This document shows positions 26,811 through 35,952 of a stretch of 49,744 nucleotides of DNA, piece after piece. This stretch comes from a virus (lineage: Duplodnaviria; Caudoviricetes), in IMG/VR virus record IMGVR_UViG_3300021344_000001, positions 1 to 49,744 of that record; one strand, written 5' to 3'. Position 1 is the first letter of the stretch; every line of letters starts with the position of its first letter. The notes under the pieces are model-generated. The model worked only from the letters and a program-made list of their open reading frames with translations. It did no database searches and had not been told where the DNA came from. The position numbers and the translations under genes were made by a program.

Positions 26811-27235
26811 AGGGGTACTCCATAGCCTCAATATCAATAGAAGAAGTCATTCCCTTCGGCTTGGCTTATGCAATAAAGTACAAGATCCCTTTTTCTTATA
26901 AGTGGGTGGATGAGTGGGCGAAATACTGCCAGTGGTTCGGGGCTCAGTGCGGTGGACGTACCTGGGGAGCTTTGGGAGTTATGACGTGCGAATCCATGCC
27001 GGACGATCTCTGCGTAACCTGCCTGTATGGGAAACCTCAAGCTACGAAGATAATGCTCGATCATGTTCTATCTTTCCCCCACAAGCACAAGTTCGGGTAT
27101 GTAGCAAATTTCAACAAGCCCTTCCAGAGGGTCCTGAAAAAAAGAGGCTGGAGGATATCTCCGGAAACGGAAGTAAGTCCAATAGGGCTGAATTTACACT
27201 TAGTCGAATATACAGGTGGCGGATATGGGAACTAG
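26807..27235 (+). CDS. Putative GNAT-fold protein
   Basis: C-terminal VANFNKPFQRVLKKRGWR resembles GNAT motif B (N..a..l..klGF); typical position before podovirus ejection genes. Confidence 0.45.
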   Translation: MKGYSIASISIEEVIPFGLAYAIKYKIPFSYKWVDEWAKYCQWFGAQCGGRTWGALGVMTCESMPDDLCVTCLYGKPQATKIMLDHVLSFPHKHKFGYVANFNKPFQRVLKKRGWRISPETEVSPIGLNLHLVEYTGGGYGN

Positions 27236-28184
27236 TGGAGGCGGCGGCGGAGCAGCTCAAGGGGCAATGCAAGATGCTCTAAAAAATCAAGGTCTTGCGG
27301 CAAACAATATAAACGCAGGCATCAACAGCCTAAGTTCGCAAGCGGCTATGCTCAATTCCCCTCTGCAAACAACGACGAACGCCTTATCGGGTGGCATAAA
27401 CGCGCTCTCGCCTGGCTATCAGTCAGGCTTAGGTACCGCTCTCGGGAGCGGCGGTGACATGTCCGCTCAGACCGGCGTGAATCAGAATCAGCAGGGCAAG
27501 AACCTAGTGGACTACGCATCGGCTCCAGGTAAAACGAATCTCTCGGGAGTCAACCCTGGCCTGAATAGTTTTTACCAGGGGGAGATGTCTCAAGGCATGG
27601 GTCAGCCTGCCATGCTTAACGCACAGAATCAGCTTCAGCAGCAATTCGCGCAGGCAAACAGTACAGCCAAGAATAACGCTGCGCCAGGCACGAATCAAGC
27701 AGCGACGAATCAGGCGAATCAGAACGCCTTGCTTACCGCTTCAGGCAACCTTGCAGGATCCCTGGCCGGAGAGAATCAAACGATCAAAGGTCAAGGCGCG
27801 GCAGGGGTAGCTTCGACGGCCTCTAACCAAGACGCACAAATTATGAGTATGCTTAAGGAAGCATTCTCGACAGGTCAAGGGCTTAACTTACAGGCTCTCC
27901 AAAACCTCATGTCTGTTCTAGGGCTCGGCACTACGACCTTAAATCAAGGACTTGACTCTGCTAAACAGGGTGCTGAAAACATCGGGGCGGGGATATCGGC
28001 CAATGAAGGGCTGTTCTCAGGGTACGGTGGTCAGGCTCAACAGTTCGGTGCACAAGCTGCGGAAAACCGGAAGAGCGGCGGATTGGGCGGATTATTAGGA
28101 GGTCTAGCCGGGGGCGCTGCTGCTGCTATGACAGGGGGGGCAGCAGGTGCAGGAGGCCTGGGAGGGATCTTAAAGGCGCTATGA
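27216..28184 (+). CDS. Ejection/DNA pilot-like protein
   Basis: G/A/Q/N-rich, C-terminal GGLGGLLGGLAGG glycine zipper. Confidence 0.65.
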   Translation: MADMGTSGGGGGAAQGAMQDALKNQGLAANNINAGINSLSSQAAMLNSPLQTTTNALSGGINALSPGYQSGLGTALGSGGDMSAQTGVNQNQQGKNLVDYASAPGKTNLSGVNPGLNSFYQGEMSQGMGQPAMLNAQNQLQQQFAQANSTAKNNAAPGTNQAATNQANQNALLTASGNLAGSLAGENQTIKGQGAAGVASTASNQDAQIMSMLKEAFSTGQGLNLQALQNLMSVLGLGTTTLNQGLDSAKQGAENIGAGISANEGLFSGYGGQAQQFGAQAAENRKSGGLGGLLGGLAGGAAAAMTGGAAGAGGLGGILKAL

Positions 28185-29503
28185 GGTTCGCATTTTATAT
28201 TTTTGAGGGATCTTCTATAGCCTGGGCAAGGCGTCTTTATGATGAGGGTTGCGATGTTCTCGTCTATCACCAATTGAAGGACTCTCGTAAGGTCGGTACA
28301 GGCCTCGTTCCCTTAACAGAGAACAAAGAGGAGTGGCTCACTTGGGGAGAGGAAGATCCTCAGACGATTTACTTTTTCGACTGCTCAGGAGCGGGCGAGT
28401 TCGCACAAGGGCTCATCGACTCCGGTAAGCTCGTTATCGGTTCAGGTCCCTTCATGGATAAGCTCGAAAAGGATCGTGAATGGGGACAAGAACTCGCGGA
28501 GAAGGTTGGTATACTGTGCCCTCCGACGAAGCGATTCGCGTCCGTTTCAGCAGCGATGAAGTTCCTTGAGTCCGATCCGGACCAAGAACACGGAGACGGT
28601 GGATGGGCCTGGAAGTCTAACAAGTTCCTCGGGTCGGATGTTACGCTAGTGAGTAAAGACACGAAGCAGATAATGGAGCACTTAGAACATGTCACAGAGA
28701 GATTTGGAGACAATATCAGTTGTATCTTACAAGAAAAGATTAAGGGAGTTGCAGTCTCGACTGCAAGATGGTTTAACGGTAAGTCTTTTGTGGGTCCGTA
28801 CGAAGGAACAATTGAAAACAAAAAATTCATGAACGACGGTAAGGGACCTTCAACGGGATGCGCTTTGAACACCGTTTGGTTCTACACAGAGGAATCTAAA
28901 CTGCACGAACAGCTTCACTTCGATAAGCTCGAAGTCGAGTTTCGTCTCAACAACGCTCCCCCAGGCCTTTATGATGTAAACTGCATACTTAACAAAAAGG
29001 GAGCCTGGTTCCTTGAGTGGACCCCTCGCCTCGGCATCGACTCTGAGCTAACGTCGCAAAGAGGCATCACGTCGCTTTGCGATTTCTTGAAGGCTTTGGT
29101 CCTCGGGCAAGACGTTAATGGATTCTTTAGAGTAGATACGGTCTACCATGCCGTTCGTTTGTCCGTTCCTCCGTACCCGAATGAAGTGAAACTGGACAAG
29201 AGTTCTGCTCTTGGCATCCGAATCAAGGGATACGACGGCACTTGGGACAAGTTTTTTGTTGGAGTAGGTGTATCATGGGACGAAGAGAAGGACCTGCACG
29301 TTTCAGATCCTACTGGGTTTGTTGGAGTCGCTTGCACGGAGTCTCCTTCAATAACAGAAGGGTTCGAGAAGATTTACAAGTTCTTGGAGAAACTGTCAGT
29401 ACAAGACCTGCAGTACCGAACCGATGCTGCTGATATCATAATAAAAGACGTAGAAATGATGCTTAAAGCAGGTTACGAAACTACACAAGCGATGAGGAGA
29501 TAG
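28181..29503 (+). CDS. PurD (phosphoribosylamine-glycine ligase)-like ATP-grasp enzyme
   Basis: LEKDR.WG.EL..GI..P..F, ILQEKIKG, E.KKFMN.GKGPSTG, DVNCI, LEWTPRLG, QYRTD match GAR synthetase architecture. Confidence 0.75.
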   Translation: MRFAFYIFEGSSIAWARRLYDEGCDVLVYHQLKDSRKVGTGLVPLTENKEEWLTWGEEDPQTIYFFDCSGAGEFAQGLIDSGKLVIGSGPFMDKLEKDREWGQELAEKVGILCPPTKRFASVSAAMKFLESDPDQEHGDGGWAWKSNKFLGSDVTLVSKDTKQIMEHLEHVTERFGDNISCILQEKIKGVAVSTARWFNGKSFVGPYEGTIENKKFMNDGKGPSTGCALNTVWFYTEESKLHEQLHFDKLEVEFRLNNAPPGLYDVNCILNKKGAWFLEWTPRLGIDSELTSQRGITSLCDFLKALVLGQDVNGFFRVDTVYHAVRLSVPPYPNEVKLDKSSALGIRIKGYDGTWDKFFVGVGVSWDEEKDLHVSDPTGFVGVACTESPSITEGFEKIYKFLEKLSVQDLQYRTDAADIIIKDVEMMLKAGYETTQAMRR

Positions 29504-29505
29504 AT

Positions 29506-30828
29506 ATGAGCGGGTTTTCAGTTCCAGATGTGTCAAGTGGTGGAGGCTATGCCGCAGGCGGTGGCGGACTTGGGTTTCTATCTCAGTTTTTAACTGGTTT
29601 ACACGATACAAACAAGGAAAAGGCTGCTGAGAAGCAGCAGGGCGTTGAGAACAAGCAGAAGGCTGATGAATCTGCTGAAAAAAAGAAGATGGACGAGTCC
29701 ACTATTCAGCACCAGGGGTTAGAAAATACCGTCCTTCAAGCTGGGTTAGCCGATGCAGCCCAAGCAAAAACGACAGCGGCGGCTCAAACTACTTGGGACA
29801 ATATCACTAAGCAGCTTCAAAACAATCCCGAAATTGCTAAGGACCCAAGCCTTATGCAAGGACTTACGAACGCGGCGAACGTACTGAATAAACCGATTGT
29901 GAAAAACAAAGACGGTACCTTGAACATCGACGCGCTCATGCCTCAGCAGTTCTCCGATCTTACGCAGGATCAAAAGGCTTACTACGCCGGACTCAGTACT
30001 AAAGAGCGTAAGTTACAAATGAAGGGGATTGGAGGAGTTGATTCTGACTTTATGAGTGCTGATCCTGTCCATACTTATGGAGAAGAGACGAAGAGAGTCG
30101 CGGCAGACGCCTCAGGCACTCGTGCTGCTACAGGACAGCGGCACGAAGCCCATAAGGAGCATGAGGACAATGTTAATGACCCTATAAAGAAAAGATTGTT
30201 AAATGCTCGTGCTAGACTCTTAGAAAATGTAGGAGCAGACATTAAAGCAAAGGACTATGCCCTTATCAACAAACTCAATGCCGAAGCAAATGAAATAGGT
30301 GTTCGCGCATCCGCTATTCCCCAACGCTTAGCTCTGGAGGGAGCGTCTTTGCAGCTTAGGTCACAGCAGCTTGGAGTTTCTATGCAGAGACTACAATTCG
30401 ATCAAAGTAAGACAGCCTTGTCCTCGCTGCATTCGACAACCCAAGCATTAGACGAGTATGCGACACGTATGAGAGGGGAAATGAACTCGGCTCAAAAAGA
30501 GTACGATGCATTCATACAGACCGACGCCGGTAAAGACTCAAACAACCCTCTGGCCCAGAATATGCTTCAACGTATTCACACAACTAACGATCAATTATAC
30601 ACAGCAGAACAGCAAGCAGCTCAAGCTAGGAGTGCTCTCAAGAATCACCAATTTCAAGCATTAGGAATTACTCAGACAAGCGGTAAGCAGAGTACGATTC
30701 TCCCGCGCAAAAATCAAGGAGGAGATCAACCCGTAGGGAACGCTCCGTCAGGTACAGCAGACGGTACTGAAACTACGTATAATGGTAAGACATTAGTCGC
30801 TCGCGGCGGGAAGTTCTATGCCAAGTGA
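29506..30828 (+). CDS. Ejection (internal virion) protein
   Basis: Gly-rich N-terminus, long coiled-coil; GAGGAG RBS. Confidence 0.6.
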   Translation: MSGFSVPDVSSGGGYAAGGGGLGFLSQFLTGLHDTNKEKAAEKQQGVENKQKADESAEKKKMDESTIQHQGLENTVLQAGLADAAQAKTTAAAQTTWDNITKQLQNNPEIAKDPSLMQGLTNAANVLNKPIVKNKDGTLNIDALMPQQFSDLTQDQKAYYAGLSTKERKLQMKGIGGVDSDFMSADPVHTYGEETKRVAADASGTRAATGQRHEAHKEHEDNVNDPIKKRLLNARARLLENVGADIKAKDYALINKLNAEANEIGVRASAIPQRLALEGASLQLRSQQLGVSMQRLQFDQSKTALSSLHSTTQALDEYATRMRGEMNSAQKEYDAFIQTDAGKDSNNPLAQNMLQRIHTTNDQLYTAEQQAAQARSALKNHQFQALGITQTSGKQSTILPRKNQGGDQPVGNAPSGTADGTETTYNGKTLVARGGKFYAK

Positions 30829-33070
30829 CGGTCTCCCAGAAATTCCAGTAGTAAAACCACAAGCCCCTCCTGAACAGGGGGGGCTTCCAGAAATTCCTGT
30901 TGTCTCTAACAAGCCCAAATCTTCTATTATGCCTTATTACAATGGGGCTCAGGTACGTCAACACCTTGCAGGATGGTCGTCCGATCTTTGGCACAACTGG
31001 AAAGAAGCGTCCAATCACCCGATTCAGTCCGTTTTAGACATTCTAGGATCTCCTCAAAGATTAGAAGGAGCAGTAGCTGAGAACATAACCGCGCACCGGG
31101 ACCTGCACGATTCCTTGAATCATATTAGCGATCTCGTGTGGCACCCTTCTGAAGAGAAAGTTCAGAAGGCACGCTCACAGCTCCAGCGCAACTTAGGACT
31201 GGCGAACGACGCCGATATCGACACGATGATAAACGGGCGTAACTGGCACGCCCTAAATCAGCTCAAGCCTTATGTTAAAAATGCATTAAAGACCGTTAAT
31301 AACGTCGCTACGGACACGATAGGAGATCCTTTCGCACTCGTTTCTGATGTAGGCACACTGGCTAGAAACCTCGGAGGAATCAAAGAGGTACCTGATGTAA
31401 CAACGATGATTCACCATGCCGTTTCAACAGCCGTTAACAACCCTGCTACGCGCCCCTTACTGCACGCTGGAGCTAACACCTCACGTCTCATCACAGGGCA
31501 TGTCCATAACCTCCTAGTGGCCCACGGAGCGGGTCCCGCGTTTGCTCATCTCAAGCAGGCTGTCCAAGGCTCTAAAAACATGGCTTCCAACACTCACAGG
31601 ATCCTGGAAAACGTGTTCGTTACTCGACCGGACCTTCTCCGCGCCGGGCTGACTCATGAGGGTCGAGACGTCCGTATTCAGCTTGAAAACGCTCAACGAG
31701 TCGCTAAGCATAAGGATCTCGTTGAAGATTCAGCAGTTGTAAACGACGCTAACGCTTCTGTTCGTCGATATGCCCAGTATGTGCATGGTCATGCGTCCCC
31801 TCGGCGGTCTGCGGCAGCTCAAGCTGTACTGCCTACGCACCTACACTCTCCGAACCCCCCGACAGGTTCCCTAACAAAGAGCTACACAACGCAAGATATT
31901 CGTGCTATGTCTCCTGACGAACGCTTAGAGGCGTTTAAGCACATCCGAGACAATATCCACGACAACGAGCTTGCTCGTAAATCCAAGGATGTATTTTCTC
32001 CCCATGCTCCTGGCAAGATCCTGACGAAAGGAGGAGTGATAAATTGGAGCAAATACAGAGCCCCGGACAATAAGTTCCTAAGGGACGTAGCCAAACATAC
32101 GAAGAAGATGTCGGATATGGGACGCGCAGGTATCGAGCTTAATCCGCTGCCTCACGGTATATCCAACGTCGGTACGTTGTCTGCCCTTGGAGGCGGTTTG
32201 AATGCGATGACCCACGGTGTCGCGCACATGATCAAGCCGATTGACCATGTAGTGAAGGGACGCCTCGATTCTATGGGTGCAGGCACGCCTGAGTACATCG
32301 GCGGTCATGCTCCGAACTATTTCCCCGGCTACGCTGAAGCGACAAACGCTATGAGCGGGCTCCTGGGGAAGATGGAACACGGGTGGAGAGCAGGCCTGCT
32401 TGACCATCTAGACCACGTTCTAGGCCCCTCCGCACCTGGTTCTAAGGAAGAATACCTCAAGGGGGCGTTAATCAATAAGAAGTTGGGGGACTACACGAAC
32501 CAATCGGCATTCGTGAAGTTCTTTTCTGCTATTGGTGGCCCGTTCGTAGCTTACCATCTTGGTATCCTTCCGAAGGCTGTCATTGACTCCGTAAAGCACA
32601 ACCCGATAAACTGGGAGACTGTAGCCCGTCTGAGAGATCAGAACCAGCAGAATCGTGAGGGACATAACCGGAACGAGCTGAGTTCGGGAGATCCCGTTAC
32701 GGAGTCTGCGAAGGCCGCGTTCAACCCGCCCGGATACGTGATGAGTACCTCAGCACTTCCTCTTCTCTGGACAGCCGGTAACGAGCTAGCGAACGACTGG
32801 CAGCACCCATCGAAGACCGGCGAGACGTGGGACAAGGGACTCCTCAATATCGCCGAAACACACTTCGCCCCTCTCGGAATGGCGATGGGAACAGCAGAGA
32901 ATATGCAGGGCAAGTCATTCGCTGGACAAAGTATGACTTTAACCGATCATCTCGCGGCTGCTATCATGGGGTCGTTGAATCAACACATACACCATTTCCC
33001 TTCACAGAAGACAGAGAAGGCCGATGAGCGATTTACGAAGAAACACGCCTTTGAGTGGTTACCACGATGA
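30818..33070 (+). CDS. Large ejection (internal virion) protein
   Basis: 750 aa helical, His-rich, last large gene of virion operon; GDY...PF motif. Confidence 0.6.
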   Translation: MPSDGLPEIPVVKPQAPPEQGGLPEIPVVSNKPKSSIMPYYNGAQVRQHLAGWSSDLWHNWKEASNHPIQSVLDILGSPQRLEGAVAENITAHRDLHDSLNHISDLVWHPSEEKVQKARSQLQRNLGLANDADIDTMINGRNWHALNQLKPYVKNALKTVNNVATDTIGDPFALVSDVGTLARNLGGIKEVPDVTTMIHHAVSTAVNNPATRPLLHAGANTSRLITGHVHNLLVAHGAGPAFAHLKQAVQGSKNMASNTHRILENVFVTRPDLLRAGLTHEGRDVRIQLENAQRVAKHKDLVEDSAVVNDANASVRRYAQYVHGHASPRRSAAAQAVLPTHLHSPNPPTGSLTKSYTTQDIRAMSPDERLEAFKHIRDNIHDNELARKSKDVFSPHAPGKILTKGGVINWSKYRAPDNKFLRDVAKHTKKMSDMGRAGIELNPLPHGISNVGTLSALGGGLNAMTHGVAHMIKPIDHVVKGRLDSMGAGTPEYIGGHAPNYFPGYAEATNAMSGLLGKMEHGWRAGLLDHLDHVLGPSAPGSKEEYLKGALINKKLGDYTNQSAFVKFFSAIGGPFVAYHLGILPKAVIDSVKHNPINWETVARLRDQNQQNREGHNRNELSSGDPVTESAKAAFNPPGYVMSTSALPLLWTAGNELANDWQHPSKTGETWDKGLLNIAETHFAPLGMAMGTAENMQGKSFAGQSMTLTDHLAAAIMGSLNQHIHHFPSQKTEKADERFTKKHAFEWLPR

Positions 33071-33324
33071 CCGCTGCTGAAATACAAAAAGAGCTTGCCC
33101 TACATGACGAAGCTCTTTTCGGTATTTGGATTTCAGCGTCTCAACGAAGTATGGGTGTTGTAGAAAAGACGAACACAATTCTGAAACGACTGACATTTAT
33201 TGAGAAGTTGATGAAGGTCCTAGCGGTTATTTCGTTTCTTCCTCTTCTAAGGAGTGTTGGGATACCCACGGAGTATATCGTTCCCTTCGTCTTGAAAACA
33301 GTCCTTCATCTCTCTTTCCCATAA
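33067..33324 (+). CDS. Small membrane protein
   Basis: ATGA coupling at 33067; C-terminal hydrophobic segments. Confidence 0.55.
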   Translation: MTAAEIQKELALHDEALFGIWISASQRSMGVVEKTNTILKRLTFIEKLMKVLAVISFLPLLRSVGIPTEYIVPFVLKTVLHLSFP

Positions 33325-33622
33325 ACAGTTCGATATATTCTTTAATGCCTTCAGGAGCACACGATGTAAGAGCATGTCCTCCTGCGTAGTAAACGTCCAT
33401 ACAGAATTTCGATTGAGCTGCACTCCTACCGTAATCCTCCCTCTTGTATGCCTCGACGCTCTTCACTTCTATTGACAAGAACTTCCCCTGATAGCAGCAG
33501 ATTATGTCTGCGACCCCTGCCCGACTGTGAGGCCCGGCAGGGACAGAGAAGTAGAAGAGATTAGGTGCTAGGGTGTCGAGGTAAGCTTTAATCTTCTTTT
33601 TTATTAAGTTCTCTGGAGTCAT
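33227..33622 (-). CDS. VRR-NUC domain nuclease
   Basis: E..IKKKI..YL, GVADII, FLSIEVK, SAAQ..F...GG. Confidence 0.85.
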   Translation of the reverse strand: MTPENLIKKKIKAYLDTLAPNLFYFSVPAGPHSRAGVADIICCYQGKFLSIEVKSVEAYKREDYGRSAAQSKFCMDVYYAGGHALTSCAPEGIKEYIELFMGKRDEGLFSRRRERYTPWVSQHSLEEEETK

Positions 33623-33773
33623 GTCTTTCGTTTACCTTTTCTATGCAGTTATAAATGAGTGCATACTCAATGTCTCTAAAACCTTCCTTAACTCGTAGAG
33701 CATAACGCGGGGAAAGGTTTAATGCTTCAATTTCTTCTTCTATTTCTCTTAGGCGCTCTTTTATTGCCTTCAT
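33588..33773 (-). CDS. Small hypothetical protein
   Basis: ATGA coupling. Confidence 0.55.
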   Translation of the reverse strand: MKAIKERLREIEEEIEALNLSPRYALRVKEGFRDIEYALIYNCIEKVNERHDSRELNKKED

Positions 33774-34243
33774 TCTTCCTCCTCAACTTCCTCTTCGGCA
33801 GATCCGCTTACGAGTCCAGTGATGTTGACTCGTGTTGACGTTTTACTTGAATCGTCCTTACGTGTTTCCGTCGTGATATATGCCTCCATAGTCTTTCCCT
33901 TAACGAGCTTCGTGAAAAGGCGACCGGCTGCAACCTTCTCAGGGTCAAGGGTAGAGTACATCGACTCAGGCACACCGATCTTCCTGAAAATTGACGCCAT
34001 TTGAGAGAGTCCCATACACGACAGCTTGCCGTTATTCTCTTTAACCTTCAGAGAGTACCATTGAAAAATCTCTGATCCTTTGTGAGACCCCTTCGTGATT
34101 GTGTAAGTCACCTTGAGTGTATCGTTGCCTGCGGCTGACACGTAAGGGTCAACGTCAGTTAAACGTATTTCATATTCTCCGTCAGGAATAGGTTCGTATG
34201 TGCTTGCGAGGTCTGCAAGATTGATCTTCTTGAGTTCAGACAT
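33770..34243 (-). CDS. DUF669-like single-stranded DNA-binding protein
   Basis: YEPIPDGEY, SAAGND.LK..Y.I..G..KG..IF; acidic tail AEEEVEEEE. Confidence 0.75.
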   Translation of the reverse strand: MSELKKINLADLASTYEPIPDGEYEIRLTDVDPYVSAAGNDTLKVTYTITKGSHKGSEIFQWYSLKVKENNGKLSCMGLSQMASIFRKIGVPESMYSTLDPEKVAAGRLFTKLVKGKTMEAYITTETRKDDSSKTSTRVNITGLVSGSAEEEVEEEE

Positions 34244-34245
34244 TG

Positions 34246-34389
34246 TTATTCTCCTTGATTAGTGTAGGTTTTAACTAGATTTAATGCCTTCTGTTTAGCT
34301 TCTGCTCCTACTGCTAACGTATCTAGCTGCAGAATTTGTGTTGCTATCAATACATTTAGAAGTACGAGAACTTGTGCCGATTCAGACAT
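34246..34389 (-). CDS. Small hypothetical protein
   Basis: AAGGAG RBS before ATG 34389 (MSESAQ...). Confidence 0.5.
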   Translation of the reverse strand: MSESAQVLVLLNVLIATQILQLDTLAVGAEAKQKALNLVKTYTNQGE

Positions 34390-35137
34390 TTTTATTCTCC
34401 TTAGCTTTTGCAAAATGTGAAAGTACGAAAGTTGATTTTCCTGAACCGGGAGGGCCATACACGACCATGAACGATGGATCGAATCCTAGCTTGGCTATTA
34501 GTTTAGGCATAGTAGGATTAGCAAGCTCGAAGGGTATTTTTTCTAACTCTTCTGGCGGGGCGTGGCATTTCAAGATGAAGTCCTCTACTGGTCGGATCAT
34601 AAGTATTCTCTTCTCTACCGAAACAACCTTCCCGTTCTCTTGTGTTTTTTGAGCGTACTCAATCTTCAGACGGAACATTGTGTTGCACGAACCGCTAATA
34701 CGATTGAAGAATTTAGGAGACAATTCCGGCCCGGTAGTTTTCTCTCCCGTCTTCTCGTTTATCTGAGTACCTTCGTGCATTGTTAAGATTATCTTAACTC
34801 CTTTATGGTGAAGCATTTTTATGCTCTGCATGAATATCTGTTCTGCCATAGCGTACGCCGATTGAGAGTTTGTCGTGTCCCATGTATTGTAATACCGCTC
34901 GAAAGACTCTCCTTCTTTCATATTACGGAATCGGTACTCCCGGATTAAATTTGCCGATAGTTCCGAGAGTGTATCGACGATGAAGGTATCACCTGCATTG
35001 AACTTAGTTTTCGTAGCGTTGTCATTAAACGCTTTGAAGGTCCCTCCGTCGATCACGTTTATTTCTGTTGGGTTGTCGCGTATTATGTTCCGTACGGAGT
35101 CTAACCCATGACCATCGCAATCGGTAAAGTAAATCAT
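34382..35137 (-). CDS. AAA_24/Sak4-like ATPase with C-terminal Walker A
   Basis: TFIVDTLSEL Walker B, KIILTMHE, GPEL; VVYGPPGSGKST only near C-terminus; between Cas4-like nuclease and SSB. Confidence 0.75.
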   Translation of the reverse strand: MIYFTDCDGHGLDSVRNIIRDNPTEINVIDGGTFKAFNDNATKTKFNAGDTFIVDTLSELSANLIREYRFRNMKEGESFERYYNTWDTTNSQSAYAMAEQIFMQSIKMLHHKGVKIILTMHEGTQINEKTGEKTTGPELSPKFFNRISGSCNTMFRLKIEYAQKTQENGKVVSVEKRILMIRPVEDFILKCHAPPEELEKIPFELANPTMPKLIAKLGFDPSFMVVYGPPGSGKSTFVLSHFAKAKENKNV

Positions 35138-35952
35138 TATGTTTCCTCTTCCCTTACAGGGAATTCTTTTTGTATTGAGAGCGATTCAAGTCTCTCCTGG
35201 CTTACGAACCCATGCTCCCATTCTTCGTTACAGAGCGGTCGTTGCAAGCACCCTGTGCATGTCCCGATACCGAAACCCATTCTCCCTGTCCGGTACCACA
35301 CCTTCCGTGCTTTAGCGTCTACTAGGGACATGATACCTTCTTCGAGGTCCCTCCATGTCCCTGCCTTTTGCAGAGGATTTAACGAGTAAGGAACGGTGAA
35401 GTAGCTGTCTTGCGCGGACCATGCAGGGCTACGAGGGCGAGGTACGCCGATGCGCTCTGATCGGACGTACTCGAACTCAAATTCGACAGTGTAGCCGGGG
35501 TTCAGAGCCTCTAGGACGACGATGTAGAACCGCGCCTGGTCGCTGATATGAATGTCCATCGGAGGACGCTTACCGAACGTCTTCCAGTCCCGGCAGACGA
35601 GCGTCGTGTTGTCCTTTTCATACACGAGGTCAGGGGTGACTCGAAACTCTACGCCGGGGAGGATCTCGTAGTAGAAGGACTCCTCAACGTGCTTGATGTT
35701 AGACGGGACTCCTCTAGCTTGGATGTAATCAGAGGCGATATTAAACATTTCGTTGTTACTGTCGCTATCTACGGTTGCAAGGTCGAAACCCTTTGCCGCC
35801 TGTTCCATGTACGAATGGAAGGTACTGCCTCGTTTGATTGCCTCGTTCTCGTGGTTTGATTGACGTTTCCAGTCGTATTCAATTTCGTAGCTCTTGGGAC
35901 AGTTCTTGAACGCGGCTAGTGCGCTGTAAGAAATAACGAGTTTCTCGCTCAT
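35137..35952 (-). CDS. PD-(D/E)XK (Cas4/RecB-like) exonuclease
   Basis: SYS....FKNCP, RG.TFH, PDLV, RDWKT, Q..FY, C-terminal CTGC..RPLC Fe-S ligands. Confidence 0.85.
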   Translation of the reverse strand: MSEKLVISYSALAAFKNCPKSYEIEYDWKRQSNHENEAIKRGSTFHSYMEQAAKGFDLATVDSDSNNEMFNIASDYIQARGVPSNIKHVEESFYYEILPGVEFRVTPDLVYEKDNTTLVCRDWKTFGKRPPMDIHISDQARFYIVVLEALNPGYTVEFEFEYVRSERIGVPRPRSPAWSAQDSYFTVPYSLNPLQKAGTWRDLEEGIMSLVDAKARKVWYRTGRMGFGIGTCTGCLQRPLCNEEWEHGFVSQERLESLSIQKEFPVREEET

